From the human T2T-CHM13v2.0 reference genome, Homo sapiens: 64,000 nucleotides of DNA. Positions 51,451-64,000 of the stretch are shown here, piece by piece; the stretch's first letter is position 1, and the number at the start of each line of letters is the position of its first letter. Below the pieces are notes generated by a model, which was not told the DNA's origin, ran no database searches, and saw only the letters and a program-made list of their open reading frames with translations. The position numbers and the translations under genes were made by a program. The stretch is taken from assembly GCF_009914755.1 (NCBI RefSeq), contig NC_060925.1, one strand, 5' to 3'.

Positions 51451-52639
51451 TTATCATGACTTTGAAAGATGAACTTTAGTGAGGGAGAAAAGCATTGGCC
51501 TTGTCTTCAGTTCAACTTGAGGGACATGCTTCAGGAAACTTTCCATGTGGCCAAGACTGTAATCAGTGGAGCAGATGCTGTCATGTCTCCTATCACTTTT
51601 TCCATATATTCAGCACCTATTTTTTGTAATTCTCACTCTTTAAGTAGAAAAATAATTTCTTAAGCCAGAGAGGCCTACATAAATGAGAAAGTTACATCAA
51701 AACAAACAGAAAGCTATGACCTGCAGAGAATAATGAACATTAGTTTATCCATCCATCTATCCAACCAACCATTCTTTATCTACCTGTTTGTTGTTAGTTT
51801 CTTCCTCCTTTACCAATTCCTATTTATTCATTATTTATTCCACAAAGGCATTATTATTAGATATAAATAGATCAATCAAATGAAGGCCTTATTGTCAAAG
51901 AATTCACTCTCTAGAATATAATCATCATTTCCAGTTTGGTAAAAATATACCGGGTCTCTACAGTTTCTTGTTTTTGCATTAATCCTGGGTTTATTTTCCC
52001 TAGGTTGGGATCCCAATCTTCAAGTCAGTTACACAAAAAAACTCTCTTCATAGTACAGCCCAATTATTTTTGTCAGTTCAAGAAAAAGAAATCTTTAATA
52101 TTCAATAGGTTTTCTTCTACTAGAAAATCCTTACGAATAAACTGGACCAAGCTCCCAGCCCAGCACCAGGCATGCAGTAAGTATATGACATATGATTTCC
52201 CTTTTTCTTGCTCCTTTAAGAGCTTATCTTATATGATGGATCACATCTACCCTATGAGGTAAGCTCTGTAGGGTTTGGTCACTCCTGTTAACATGAAGGG
52301 GGAAAGTGTCCAAGATTATCCAACGTGGCAGAGTTGGCAGATCCATATGACATCTGATTCCTGATCCATTACTCTTTATACTCAACATGTTACTACCTAT
52401 TTCTAGGACAAATTGAAGTGCAAAAGAAAATCCCCCTCGAAGCAGAACAGTTAGAAGCTATTGCATCACAGTGATTTTTCTGAACTTGCTTGAAGATGAC
52501 TGACCGCACTCAGCTACATGCACCTTGATCTCTAAAGAACTCTGAGCCTTCTACTGTGGTAGCAGCAAGGACCTGGGCTTGCTGTCATCTCAGAAATCCT
52601 ATGTCAGATGGTGAGAGAGCAGTTCCTCAGTGACAACCG

Positions 52640-53160
52640 CTGACAATTCCTCCTCATGCCATCTGCATAAAAGCCAAAGTTCTCATCACGGGCTTAAGAC
52701 AAGGTGCGACCAGACTCTCAGTCTCCTACCACACTCCCCCACCCCAACCTGTTCTGCTCCAGCCACACAGGTCCCCCTGCTGTTCCTAAGCTGGGCCTGC
52801 CCTTACCTTAGGGCCTTTGCTCTGCCAGTTTCCTCTGCCTGGAACACAATGACAAATACCTATGCAGCTGCCTTCCTTGTGCCCTTTAGTCCTTGCTAAA
52901 ATGTCACCTTTCCTATCAGGCTCACCCTGTCCATGTTTAAAATGTCAACTATTTCTCCCCAATTCCCCTCACTTTATTTTTTTTGTTTTCGTGCCTTCAT
53001 ACTTATCTTTGAGACTGTGGACGTCCCTTACTTAATATGCTCATTATTTATCTTCTGCCCTCATCTCCTTTGCCTATCTCACTCAAAGACGTAGCTCAAG
53101 AGGCACATGGTAGGTACTCATTACGTTTTCATTGAATGAATGAATGAACGAATGAATGAA
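52640..53160 (+). mobile_element. L2 3' end
   Basis: agggcctttgctctgcc...ctctgcctggaac...ggcacatggtaggtactca...(GAAT)n tail at 53134-53160. Confidence 0.7.
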
Positions 53161-54744
53161 CACATCCCTAGACAGAAGTCAGGAGCTGATGAAGATGGAT
53201 GCATATGGTTCCGATGCTGAGATTTATGGGACTACCTAAGCCTTTCAAACTGTTACCAGTTTATTACTATTAGAGTTACTAAAATATCTTTTGTTTTGCT
53301 TTTTCCCTCATGGATACTTCTCAAAGAGATCCAGGGTTCCCTTAATCCTGCATTGTCTACTTGCAGGAATGATTTCCCCCACAGAGCTGCCTGTAATTGT
53401 CAAAGCAGCACTAATTGGAGCTTGTTCATGCCCCCTGCCTGAGACAGCAACCACCTTCAATTCAAAGGCTGGCTACCTGGTGAACGCCAATTCAGCACCC
53501 AGTCAAAGCCGGTTATACTTGAGTTTTCCTTGCCAGCAGCATGTTTTCCTGTTTAATCCGTGTTAACATTCCAATTCAGGTTCTCCTAACTGGCACACAT
53601 TCTGTCTGACAAACGTTGTCCTTCCCCCTTCTGTCTTCTTTTCTCTTATAGAAATATTATTTATTTATAACATATTGTAGCAAACAACTATACAGCTGAG
53701 AGGGAGGCATACTTCCTCCTAACAATACCCACATATGATATAAGGGTGATTTTTTCACTTGCAAGAGACAGTTTAGGAAAGTGGTGTATATTTGACAGGA
53801 ATCAGAGATGGAAGGAGTAGGGATGAGGTCCTGGGAAGTCCCTGTCCTCAGGATGTGTGTGCAAAACCCTCTCCTCTCAGAGCCTGCTCAGGGTGCTGCA
53901 ACTTTTCAAAGCACTCAGCCTGCTTCCTCATGAATGTGACTCTGGTGTATATTTGGAAGTGGAAAATGCTGACCTCTCTGATCTGTTTGATTGGTCCTAG
54001 CACCACAGAAAGCATCTTGTGAGGGGAAGGAGGAAGAAGAGCCTTTAATTTTCTTTAATTTGTCATGGTTTTCATTTTCATTTGAATGGTATGTGTCAGA
54101 AGACCTGAGTGTGGTGAAATGTCTTGCCCTTGTCATCATGTCCTCTCCACAATCTGCCTCAGGCCCATGAACTGCACCCTGGAGTCGCTCTGGCAGGAAA
54201 CCGTTCCTTCCTCATGTGCACAGGGACCACTTCCCAGTCCACTCTTGTTAACGTTATAACAAAAGCTTATGTGTGACCACTTTTAAGGGAGGGGACATAT
54301 TCTTTCAGGACAGTGATTTGTTAGGTATGAAATAAATAATTATTGATCAACTGCTTAACCACCCAAGTAAGACATTTGTAATCTTGCCATTATGTTATGC
54401 GATGTCTGGAAAGCCACGCAATCCACTACCAGAGAGAATCCAATCTGACTCTCAGCCAATCACAAACATGCTTGAGGTCCAGAGAATGCTGCAAATAGTA
54501 TATTTATTGTTCTCCTTGGGATCAGAGAGAGGCCCTGCCATTCTTCCTTCCTCTTTTTTCCTTTTCTCTGTCTCCCACAGTCATTTCCATGTAGTTGTGG
54601 CTCTTCCTAGCACAAGTCTATGGGGTGCATTCCTGGCTCTACTGAGAGAAGTGGGTGCTGAGTAGGTAATTACATTCTTTAGTATAAAACATCTGAAAGA
54701 CAACAGACTCTCCTTTGTGAAGGGCTAAAATAGATAGAGCTCTA

Positions 54745-54935
54745 TGTACCAGGAACTGTGCTAATCATTTAACAAGCATTATCTCATTTAAAGTTCATGA
54801 GACCTGTGAGTTGAGTGCTATCATTTCTCTGATGATTTCATAGAGTAGGAAGGTAAGACATTTAGAGTCACACAGGAAGTTGCGCAATGGAGTAGCAGAG
54901 AATTCAGAATCTCAACCCAAACTGCCAAATTCTTG
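54745..54935 (-). mobile_element. MIR
   Basis: ctatgtaccaggaactgtgcta...cattatctcattta...gtcacacag...ctcaaccca. Confidence 0.5.
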
Positions 54936-56280
54936 AGCTGACATACAGTAAGGTGTAGAGTAGTGTCAAGAGGATTGAGGGAGCTAAGGCCCACAAAGCA
55001 CTAAAAACACTGCCTGGCACTTGGTGAGACCCAATGCAAAGGGGAATAGAACTAACTGTGAGAAAGGAAAGAAAAGGTGAGTCTTTCCATACGCTTATTA
55101 TTCAGAGAGTGTATACACAGATGGAAGTTGGGGTAAGTTGCATGGGGAAGCTCTCTTTCTCTCATCAAATATTTATAGAATGACTATTCAGGGCCAGACC
55201 CTATGCTAGGTGGACTCAACCTAATTGTTGCCTTCAAAGGAAAGAGAGGAAGAGACCTGTAAAAGGACAAATCCCTAAAGTGTTGTAGGCCTTATTGGAG
55301 CCAGACTTACAGAGAAGAGGGAGCAGTTGATTTCTACAGGGGGTGGGGCTTAGGGTCAAGAAGGGTACCATAGGAGTGCCACCAGTCAGAATAAGGACAT
55401 CCAATTTATAATACCACTGCTGTAACAATGAGGGACACATAAATCAACATTTTTCTGAATTCCATCTGCCAAGCCTGGCAACACCCAAAGCCACTCACAG
55501 ATGACTGAAGGATATTTCTGGTCTCATTGCCCTTCATCAGTACGATGGGAAGCAGACATTGTTCACCACCGCATCCTTAATGAAGTATAGAGATTAAATC
55601 CAAACACACAGTCATATAAAACCCCTTTAGCTTCAATGACTAAATCACCTCTTTTCTTTGTTCTAGAAAGGCCATGTTTGCTATAGATGTTAGGCAGTGA
55701 GCTCAGGTTTACATTTCAGTTTTGTTTGTTTTCACAGCCCCCAAGCCCTAATCATTTTCTACCATACCCATACTACCACATTTCTCTGTTGTCATTACAC
55801 TGAGCTAAATTAATTTACCTCCCTGTCCAAATTGTAAGCCTACAGAGTTAGAATCTACCCAGGAAAATATGACCAAGTAGAGTAAATGCTGGGCCTGCAG
55901 GTGGATGACTTGACATCCAGTCTCAGCTCTGACACTCACCTGGGTCACTCTAAGGTGGATTGCTCGTCTGTAAAATGGGTTTTATTCATAGATACAGAGT
56001 GAGTTGCTACCCTGGAACTTGGAGAGAAATAAGATGGGCTTTGAAAACTTCAACTAGTCAAACAGTAGATGTGACACATATCTGTGGGAGTAAACCAAGA
56101 GATTATCTGTGCCTTATAGCTTTAGAAACACCCCAAATTCTAGTCAGGGTGATCTAGGAGCAAACCCAGGGATGGCAAACTTGAACATAATTAGGATTTA
56201 GTCAGTAGAAAAAAAATCAATAGTATTGAATCCTCTTTGGAGAAAGGTTTTGTGAACTGATAATCTAGGACTGGCATCTC

Positions 56281-56490
56281 AAGGGGTCAGCAAACAATGG
56301 CCTGTGGGCCAAGTCCAGCTTGCTGCCTGTTTCTGTAAATAAGGTTTCATTGGAACATTTGTTTACATATTGTCTAAGCCTGTTTCTGTGCTACAATGAT
56401 GGAGTTCTGTAGCTATGACAGAATCATGTGGTCTACATTTCCTAAGTATTTACTCTCTAGCCCTTTGGAGAAAACGTTTGCTAGCCCCAG
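56281..56490 (+). mobile_element. MER58A (hAT-Charlie)
   Basis: aggggtcagcaaac...ggcctgtgggccaa...tgtaaataaggtttcattggaaca...gtttgctagcccc. Confidence 0.85.
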
Positions 56491-57657
56491 TCAGTCTTTG
56501 ATCTCTCAGTGTTTGATCTCCTCTGGCTCCTCTCCAGAATAAACCATACTCCCAACAGTTTTCACATTGGGGCAGGGGGGTCTTGGTGCTTATCAGAGTC
56601 TCCATGTGTGGTGCTTAATTATAAATACCCCCTAGTATGTGGTTATACTGATGGAAATGCCGAAGTTTCCAAGTTTGGAAATTTCTTCTTAGATTTGTCT
56701 AGGACAAGATGCCTGGTAAGTCCAAACAAAGAAGTTAGTGTTCCTGACAGCCACGTTCCCACCTTGGAGATGAATGCATGAAGCTATCGAAGCTTAACAC
56801 CATTTAATATTCAAATGTATAATTCCCCTTGTTCAGTTCCACACCCCTCAAGCAATCTTCTGATAATTTGACTTCCCATGTAGAGTGCCCCCCAGAGAGC
56901 AGGCCAAGTTGACATATGTCTGTCTGCCAGTAGCTTTTCTAATTACAGATGACTAAATTGGTGATCTAGCTAATATATATCAGTCTCTGTGAACTTGGTT
57001 TGTGTCCCAATCCCTGAGGGGCAAATGACAGAGACACTCTTAATGTACTGACATATTATTCTGTGTTCCGAACCCACAAGATTGTCTTGAGAATATATGA
57101 GAAGTGAACATGGACCCAACTTGTTAAACCATAAAGACCCCACTGTGCTCCCTTAATTTCTAGAATGTGCACATTTGACAAAAGCTGAGGGCAGGGGTCA
57201 AAGAAACATTTAGCCTGTTCTCTGTTGAAGAGACTTTGCTAATAATAAAAATACTGTCAGTGTGGTTCATTAACAGTTTTTAATTGAGGTGACCTGTAGA
57301 AACTTACCAGCCAGTTTAAGTTCTAGTTCTGGCTTAAATGTCTCTTAAATCTACTTTCCCCATTACCCTTGGCTCTCCTTTCCTGAGAGAAGCCTTCACC
57401 TTCTTTCACCTGGACCTAAAACGACAACAGCCTTCAGTCTAATCATTCCAAATGCTTCCTCAACCCTCAGGTGCTAGAGTGACTTACCCTCAAACACAAA
57501 GCTCAGCATGCTGGCTTCATTAAAATTTTTTTTAGCAATGTAGCATTCAAACTCCTCCACATCCTGGCCCCACCTTACCAGTCACATGAGCCATGATCCA
57601 GCTACACTCCACTGCGTGCAAGTTCCACAACAGACTATTCCCTTCCACGTGCCTCTG

Positions 57658-58092
57658 CTGTGGCGAGATGCTAGTTGCCCCCGTAACTTGTTTTTCCTGT
57701 TTTTTTCATGGGTACAGAACCACCTTATTACAAGCATATTTCCCTGCCCCCCTTGAGGCTAGATGTGGTCATGTCAAAGTCAATGAAATATAAAGAAGTG
57801 TGCAATTTCTGCCTTCCTTACTATAATAAAGTAACTTACCCTGGACCACTTCTCCCTATTCTTCACACGGCTGGAAATGGCAAGCCAGCTGATGCTCCAG
57901 CAGTGTGAAAAATGCCTAGAGGATGGTGGAGCAACAAGTTGGAAGGACCATGGTCCCTGAATGACCTCATGGAGTAGGGCAGCCCCACCAGACTGCCTAC
58001 CTTTAGACTATTATATGAGAGGAAAATGGACATCTATCTTTTCAAGTTACTGTACTGCAGATCTCTTTCTCACAGCAGCTTAGCTTTTACTG
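57658..58092 (+). mobile_element. MLT1 (I/J-like) MaLR LTR
   Basis: catatttccctgccccccttg...gatggtggagcaacaag...ggtccctgaatgac...actgcctacctttagact...cacagcagc. Confidence 0.65.
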
Positions 58093-59984
58093 GAACAGAC
58101 TTGCCTTCACATATTCTAATTCTTCAGGCTGCCCCATCCCTGTTCACTTGATGAGTTCCAATTTACATTGTTGTGAAGTACCACAATGCCCTCAGGACCA
58201 AGCGGAATGAATCCCTCTTTGCCTGTGCGCTCCATAGGACATTTACTTGATTGCATTGCCAGTGCCATACTGCTGTAATACGATTTTTGGCTTGCCGGAT
58301 CCATGAGCAAGGTAAGCACCATTTTAAAATTTGTCTCTGAATCTCCAGGCCAAAGTCTAGCACATAGTAGGAGATCAGCATGTTTTCAAAGGTAAATAAA
58401 TAAAAGCTTATCCCCTCACCTAGCTTAGCAGTAAGAAGCATCTGAAGAGTTAAGAAGTAGAACACAGAAAATTAGAAGAAAGAGATAAATGAAAGGGAAG
58501 AAACAGTGAGGCATAAGCCATGCCCTCTAGGTCTGCTGCAGCCTCAGCAGCACCCAGCTCTCTGTAGGAACTCAATAACCACAGATCGATTGAGCTCAAC
58601 CTTTGCTTGTCATTACTGCTTCCTTCTGCCAGACCCCAAGGAAGCTTCTATAGAAAGTCGGTCCAGAGACTAAAAGAATAGTGAGGGGTGGTGTGTCAGA
58701 TCAGCTGTTAATTAACAAATCATTCAAATCATGGAGTAAACAAATCTACATTAGAAGTATGCACAAGTTTCAGTGTATGGCTTTATTTTATATATTTTGG
58801 TTTATAAAATGTCTCATGATTATAGAATAGCTGTTAACTTAAAACCCACTTCTTTATTTCATCAGATTTTCAAACTGAAACTTTTAAAAGTGATTGATTC
58901 TCTGACTGATCCCATTTCTTTCCTATAGCCATGTCTATTCATGGTACTTTGGAAACACAGCACATGTTGCTTATGGAAACACACACTAAGATGAGAGCTA
59001 GGAAACTCAGTGGCCTTTAATTATTCAGGATTTAATCGTGCAAGCATGTACAATCAATATTTGTTGATCTTAATCTGATTACCTCCTAGTCGTGTTCAGC
59101 GTCTCCATCAACAGGATAACAATATGACACATTTCATAGACTTTCCCTAGGTTCTTCCAACAAGCTTATTGGAAGGATTTTAATCAGCTAATGAACTCGT
59201 CAATGGTATTTTCAGGAGCCAAGGCACCTTCCTGCACCTATATCCCATGACCATATTTGCCTGACATCTTGTGGCCACAAGGAGCATGACAGTCTATAAA
59301 CCCAACATCTGTACACAGGGCAAGCAGCGTCTTTGAATGCTAATCCCTGCATCACAGTCAGAGCGAGTATAAAACTGCTTAAGAGATGTGTGACATGTAA
59401 TTATTTCATCTAATTAAAATGGAAGCTAGGCTTTTCTTTTTATATTTATGAGGCAAGTTGGAACATGTGGGTCAATTCTTCTAAGGAAAGGAATGGGGTC
59501 TCTATCTGGGCTGAACATCTGGCTTGTTATCAACTACCTTGGCCACAGAACACTTTTCCTGTGAAAGGCCCACAAAAACAGAATATGGCTCACTGGACTG
59601 AGAGAAGTAAGAGCATCTGTGGTCAGCTCCTCTGAGAGAGAGAGAGAGAGGATTTCGAGCTGGGATTGTTGGAACAAAGAACGCAGAATCCTCCGAGTAA
59701 AGAGACTGAAAAAAGGTTTCATCTTCAACACCACAATGGTATATTTTGCATCTCATAAACTTGACTTTTTAGCACTAGAAACATTTTGTTTAAAGCCAAA
59801 TTTAGGGTGGCATTATATAAATATAGAATAGAACAATAAAGGTGCTTTGATTGAAGCAGGGAGTCTGAGCGCCACTGGTTTAGCTTTTCTCTCCCACCCC
59901 CGCCACCACCCCAGACACATCCTCCAAACCCACACCTTTGAGGGCACAGTCTGACAACTGTTGAAAATATGGAAATTGTATTAT

Positions 59985-60170
59985 ATGTGAAATCAGAAGT
60001 CTTAGCTTTGTATCTCAACTCTACTCTTTAGTACCTGAGCATCATATAACAAGTCATTAACCTTTCTAAACCTCAGGGTTTTCATCTCTAAAGTAGGGAG
60101 AATAATATTTACTTCACAGGGTTATTGGGAACATTAAAAGAGGCAGTAAAATGAAGATGCTTTGTAATTG
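59985..60170 (+). mobile_element. MIR
   Basis: caagtcattaacctttctaaacctcag...tcatctctaaagtaggg...cacagggttattgggaacattaaa. Confidence 0.65.
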
Positions 60171-60527
60171 CTAGACAAATGATCACATTGCCATCATCAG
60201 ACAGTCATAATGGGCAGTCACGCAACCAAGAGGAACGAGCTCCAGACAATGCCCTGCACTGTCTTCCTGCCAGGTTCTCATTCCTCCACGTTCCAGAGGC
60301 ATTTACTGGAAGTCTTGATTCATGACTATGTCCCTGAGCAGCTTCGGATAGCAAAGACACAATGGAATACTCTGAACACAAGCATATAGGGCCTCTAAAC
60401 ACACATTGGTTCACCATTATTGCCTTGTTGATGAAGCATAGTTTTCCCGTTTCTCTTTTTCCCTGAATCTGTTACCCACCACCCCCCTTCGGTTATTACC
60501 AAATCAGAAGATCTAGATTCGTGTATC

Positions 60528-60709
60528 TTTTTTTTATTATTTTTTTACCTGTTCTTTTTATTATTATTATACTTTAAGTTCTAGGGTACATGTGTACAAC
60601 GTGCAGGTTTGATACATAGGTATACATGTGCCGTGTTGGTTTGCTGCACCCATCAACTCATCATTTACATTAGGTATTTCTCCTAATGCTATCCCTCCCC
60701 CAGAGAACA
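60528..60709 (-). mobile_element. Very short L1PA 3' end (about 180 bp)
   Basis: ttatactttaagttctagggtacatgtg...cctaatgctatccctccccc; TSD TCGTGTA(T/C)CTT (60519-60529 / 60710-60720). Confidence 0.9.
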
Positions 60710-62669
60710 TCGTGTACCTTAAAAGGTGTAGCTACTGAAGCCCAGAGAAGTTGTAACTTGTCTCTGAGCCTATAGCGAGTTTGTGACTAAGCTAGACTAG
60801 AATCCACTTCTCTTGTCACTCAAATGATCACCCAGCTGCCTGGGCTGCTTGTCTTATAAAGGATGCCAATCTATGTTAATGAAGGGTGGGAGGGGGCTAG
60901 TGTTGTACTGAAGAAATCCGATGGAGATAACCAGCAAGACGACTCCAGAATCACTCTTAGAAGCTGGATGACTGCAGGATAAAACAGCAGAGAAATTGAG
61001 CATTCACTTCCCTTGGGAATTGAATGAACGGGGAATAGAACATGTTCTGTCCACCAGGAAGAGGATCAGTTTATTTCTAGGTGTTTCTGAGAGATGAGTA
61101 ATTGTGACTGGGCAGCAGTAGGATACCACCCCTTCAAGCCCATGACTCTGCGCATCCCCAGGCCCATGAGTGTGTGATACCAGATGAGAAGGAGAAGCAG
61201 GAGGCCTTGCCACCATGACAGCCAGCTGGGTGTTATCAGTGAGCTAGGACGCAAACTGTCAATCACAGAAGACATGGCTTATCCCACAGCACACCTTTCA
61301 TACATGAGAATAAATTCTCAAGAAAAAGTGTATCATTTCCGATGGAGAACTTTTACACATAAACTGTCTGATGCGCTCTCCTGACCCAAAAAGAGGAAAC
61401 GAATAGCACCCAATATCCTACCAAATCCTCCTTCAAGGCTGAAAATTATGTGGTTCTAATGTGCCATTAAAGGTAATTTAAAAGAAAATGGCTGTTTAAT
61501 TTAGAGATCATTTCTGGCAAGGCTGAGACCTGTCTTCACCAGCATTTGAAGCTATTATATAAACCACCAAAATCAGAACTACAGGCAATCTTGTCTATTC
61601 ATGGGCCAGGCATGTGTGCCTTTTTCTCTCATGCTCTTTAATATTTGCTATTTCTTTTATTTGAACCCAAAGGAGAAAAATCTCAGTTGCAGAAATAGAA
61701 CATGAATTCAGTAGAGTGTTTTTTTTTCTTTTCTTTTTCTTTTTTTTTTTTGTAAGAGAGAGACTTCAGAGGCAAGATGATAAATGGCTAATAAGAAACA
61801 GGGGTGCCTAGGGGCTTGCAAGGAGGGGGCTGACCATGCACGTGAGAATTCAGGATTCAGTGATAGGGAGCTGCTGTTTCAGCCCTCAAAGAAGAAGCTA
61901 TCGATTCATTTTTAAGGCAAACAAGTTGGATCCTGGGGACTGCTGAAGGTGAAGCAGCAGCTTCTCTGAGCCTGCCACACTGGGTGACCTTTGCATGGGG
62001 CCACAGAAAGAACAATGGCAAGGCAACACTCCTAAATTAGTCATCGGTGCTGTTTGATTTGCTCCTGTGCCAGATGTTCCCTCATTGATCACTGCCTGGC
62101 CCATATGTCCTCTCTGAACAGGGGAGCGAGTGGAGCCAGCAGCCGCCACTTCAGAAGCAGCCACCAGAGCGGGCTAATGGAGTCCTTGGCAGGAGGTTGC
62201 CATCTGATTGGTTTGCCACTGTTTCTCTTAGAGATCAAGGGCATTATACAGGCAGCACACCTGCCCACTCTCAGGGCCAGGCTCCGGGCAGTCAGGCAGC
62301 CTCAATTCCTGAAAGGCCCTGGTGAGCTTCCCAGAACCCCTCAGCAGCGTCCCTGGCCCTCTCACTCTTTTCGTCCCTGTCACAAGAAGCCCCTGTGGCA
62401 TTTGTTAAACAGCCATTGCCATGTTCAAAGTGAGGCTCAACCTGGCCTGCAGTTTTTCTGTTCTTATTGCTTCTGAGCGGAGGACTGGGGGGCACTCTGC
62501 CCTTCTCCGACTTAAGGGTGGAGAGGGATCACAATTTTAAGCCAGCAGGTAGAGGAAAGAGACTGGAGAGCTGCTCATCAGGGATGTTGGCTGGCTTGTC
62601 CTTTTATATCACTAAGAACTGCCATGTGGATATAAGAGGCAAGGACACCTTTCCCAGCTTCTCATGAGG

Positions 62670-63105
62670 CCTGTAAGAAACATCCCTTTTATCTGCCCTC
62701 ATCATCCCATTCTTCGGGAAACCCTGCTTCCAGCCATTCTTGGGTACCTTGATCGGACTGGCCAATCAGAGAACCTCTCTATAATTTCTAAACCAATGCT
62801 GGGCAGAGAGTGAGCTCCGTTCCCGGGGAGGGAGTTATGGGGTGTGAGGCCCAGAATCCATCAGTATCTTGTGGGAGAAGTCAGAGTGCTCCAGCGAGGA
62901 TAGGCAGACACTAGCAAGGATCCAGCATGGACCTGAGTCAGGGGCCCCTGAGGACCAACTGCAGCTCTACCTTCCTGTTTGGCTGCCAGATCCTTCCTTC
63001 AATTACATAGGATGCTCCCATATCCTTCCTGTAATTTACTATTTGTGCCAAGGCCGTTTTGAGTTTCTGTCACTTGCGTCTAAAAGAGTCTGGACAAATA
63101 AGTGG
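62670..63105 (+). mobile_element. Very old ERVL/MaLR-type LTR remnant (LTR16/MLT1K-like)
   Basis: ggccaatcagag near the start and gagtttctgtcacttgc...aaaagagtc...aata at the end. Confidence 0.4.
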
Positions 63106-64000
63106 ATCAAATAAAAGGGGAACAGGACAGTACCCTGAATCACCATGATTTTGAAACCCAACTCTCTGACTAACCAATCTGCCAAAAATAGATTCCTCAA
63201 ATAATCTATTTGCCAAAAGAACTCATCACAAAAGAGAATGTCCCCACGCTTTTTTTTAGCCATGTCTTTTCTGAGGCTACTTTAGCATTTTGCTCATTTA
63301 GCTATGATGTCTATCAGATTCTTCTAAATTGAATGTCAATTTCTTCTAGATTTCACTTCTTCAGTGCCTAGGGCGTCCTGAGCATAGAAGTTCTGTATCA
63401 ATTGGATGAGTTTCTCTTTGATACCGTTTGCTCCCTCTCTGACTCGGGAAGTGTGCCCATTTTCTGCCTACTTCTCCACTTCATCAGCTCCTAACTTGTG
63501 CCTGTCTTTGCCCTTCACCTTGCTTGCCCTTGCCCACAAAATGGCTGTGACAAGCTGTTCTATGTCCAGTTAAAATCCGTATCTGACCAACTGTAGTAAT
63601 TTTAGTAATATAGCAAGCCAGCTACTATATGAATTGGATTTGAAAAAGTGTTTCCCAGTGATTTGACCAAGATGCCAAACACTACAACCAACCAATGAGT
63701 ACGTTGAAAAATAAAATCCAAAGAGAATCTGCAAAATTTAGTTTTCATCTCCCTTGCCATTGAGTGGACTAGACCATTGACCCTAGTAGTGGGTCTCCCC
63801 TGACTGACTCCCAAGACAAATTCTACCCCTGATCTGAAGGGTCTATAGCTGTTGCTGTTGGAGGGCCAGGACTCCCTCTTGGACTGGGCCATGCTGAGCT
63901 GCTGTGGTGATCACCTCACTGCCCCACTGTACCTCCCCCTACACACTGTACTTCTCCTTAATATTGTGTTGCTCACCTGTATTAATTAACTTAATTAGTT

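Noticed and set aside
62054-62476. 140-aa ORF in a moderately GC-rich patch
   Set aside because: Non-ATG start, no domain resemblance, no splice or promoter support.

Overview
Mammalian (almost certainly human) euchromatic DNA. The only host protein-coding sequence is the terminal coding exon of NTNG1 (netrin-G1; + strand, acceptor AG 10169-10170, stop 10398-10400), encoding the last EGF-like module and the GPI-anchor signal. About 10 kb of its last intron precedes it, and a largely repeat-free 3' UTR with tandem AATAAA signals follows (to roughly 14.45 kb). The rest is intergenic and dominated by transposon fossils: Alus, L1s (one twin-primed/5'-inverted), L2/MIR, MaLR/ERVL LTRs, hAT and Tigger elements. 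These include a nested stack in which a Zaphod-like hAT contains a full-length Tigger1, which contains an L1MA fragment and a complete THE1 provirus. A processed NDUFA4 retrocopy (34671-35187) keeps a full 81-codon ORF, 14-bp TSDs and an intact miR-147b/miR-210 site. I see no clearly new biological system. The most interesting testable hypotheses concern how netrin-G1 is tethered: (i) a cryptic acceptor 90 nt upstream of the last exon would give a GPI-less, secreted form; (ii) an acceptor-like site in the NDUFA4 retrocopy is in frame with NTNG1's phase-1 junction; (iii) poly(A)-site choice would gate miR-9 sites. Repeat subfamily names, miRNA sequences and parent-gene comparisons are from remembered consensus sequences, not from a search, and boundaries of old repeats are approximate.
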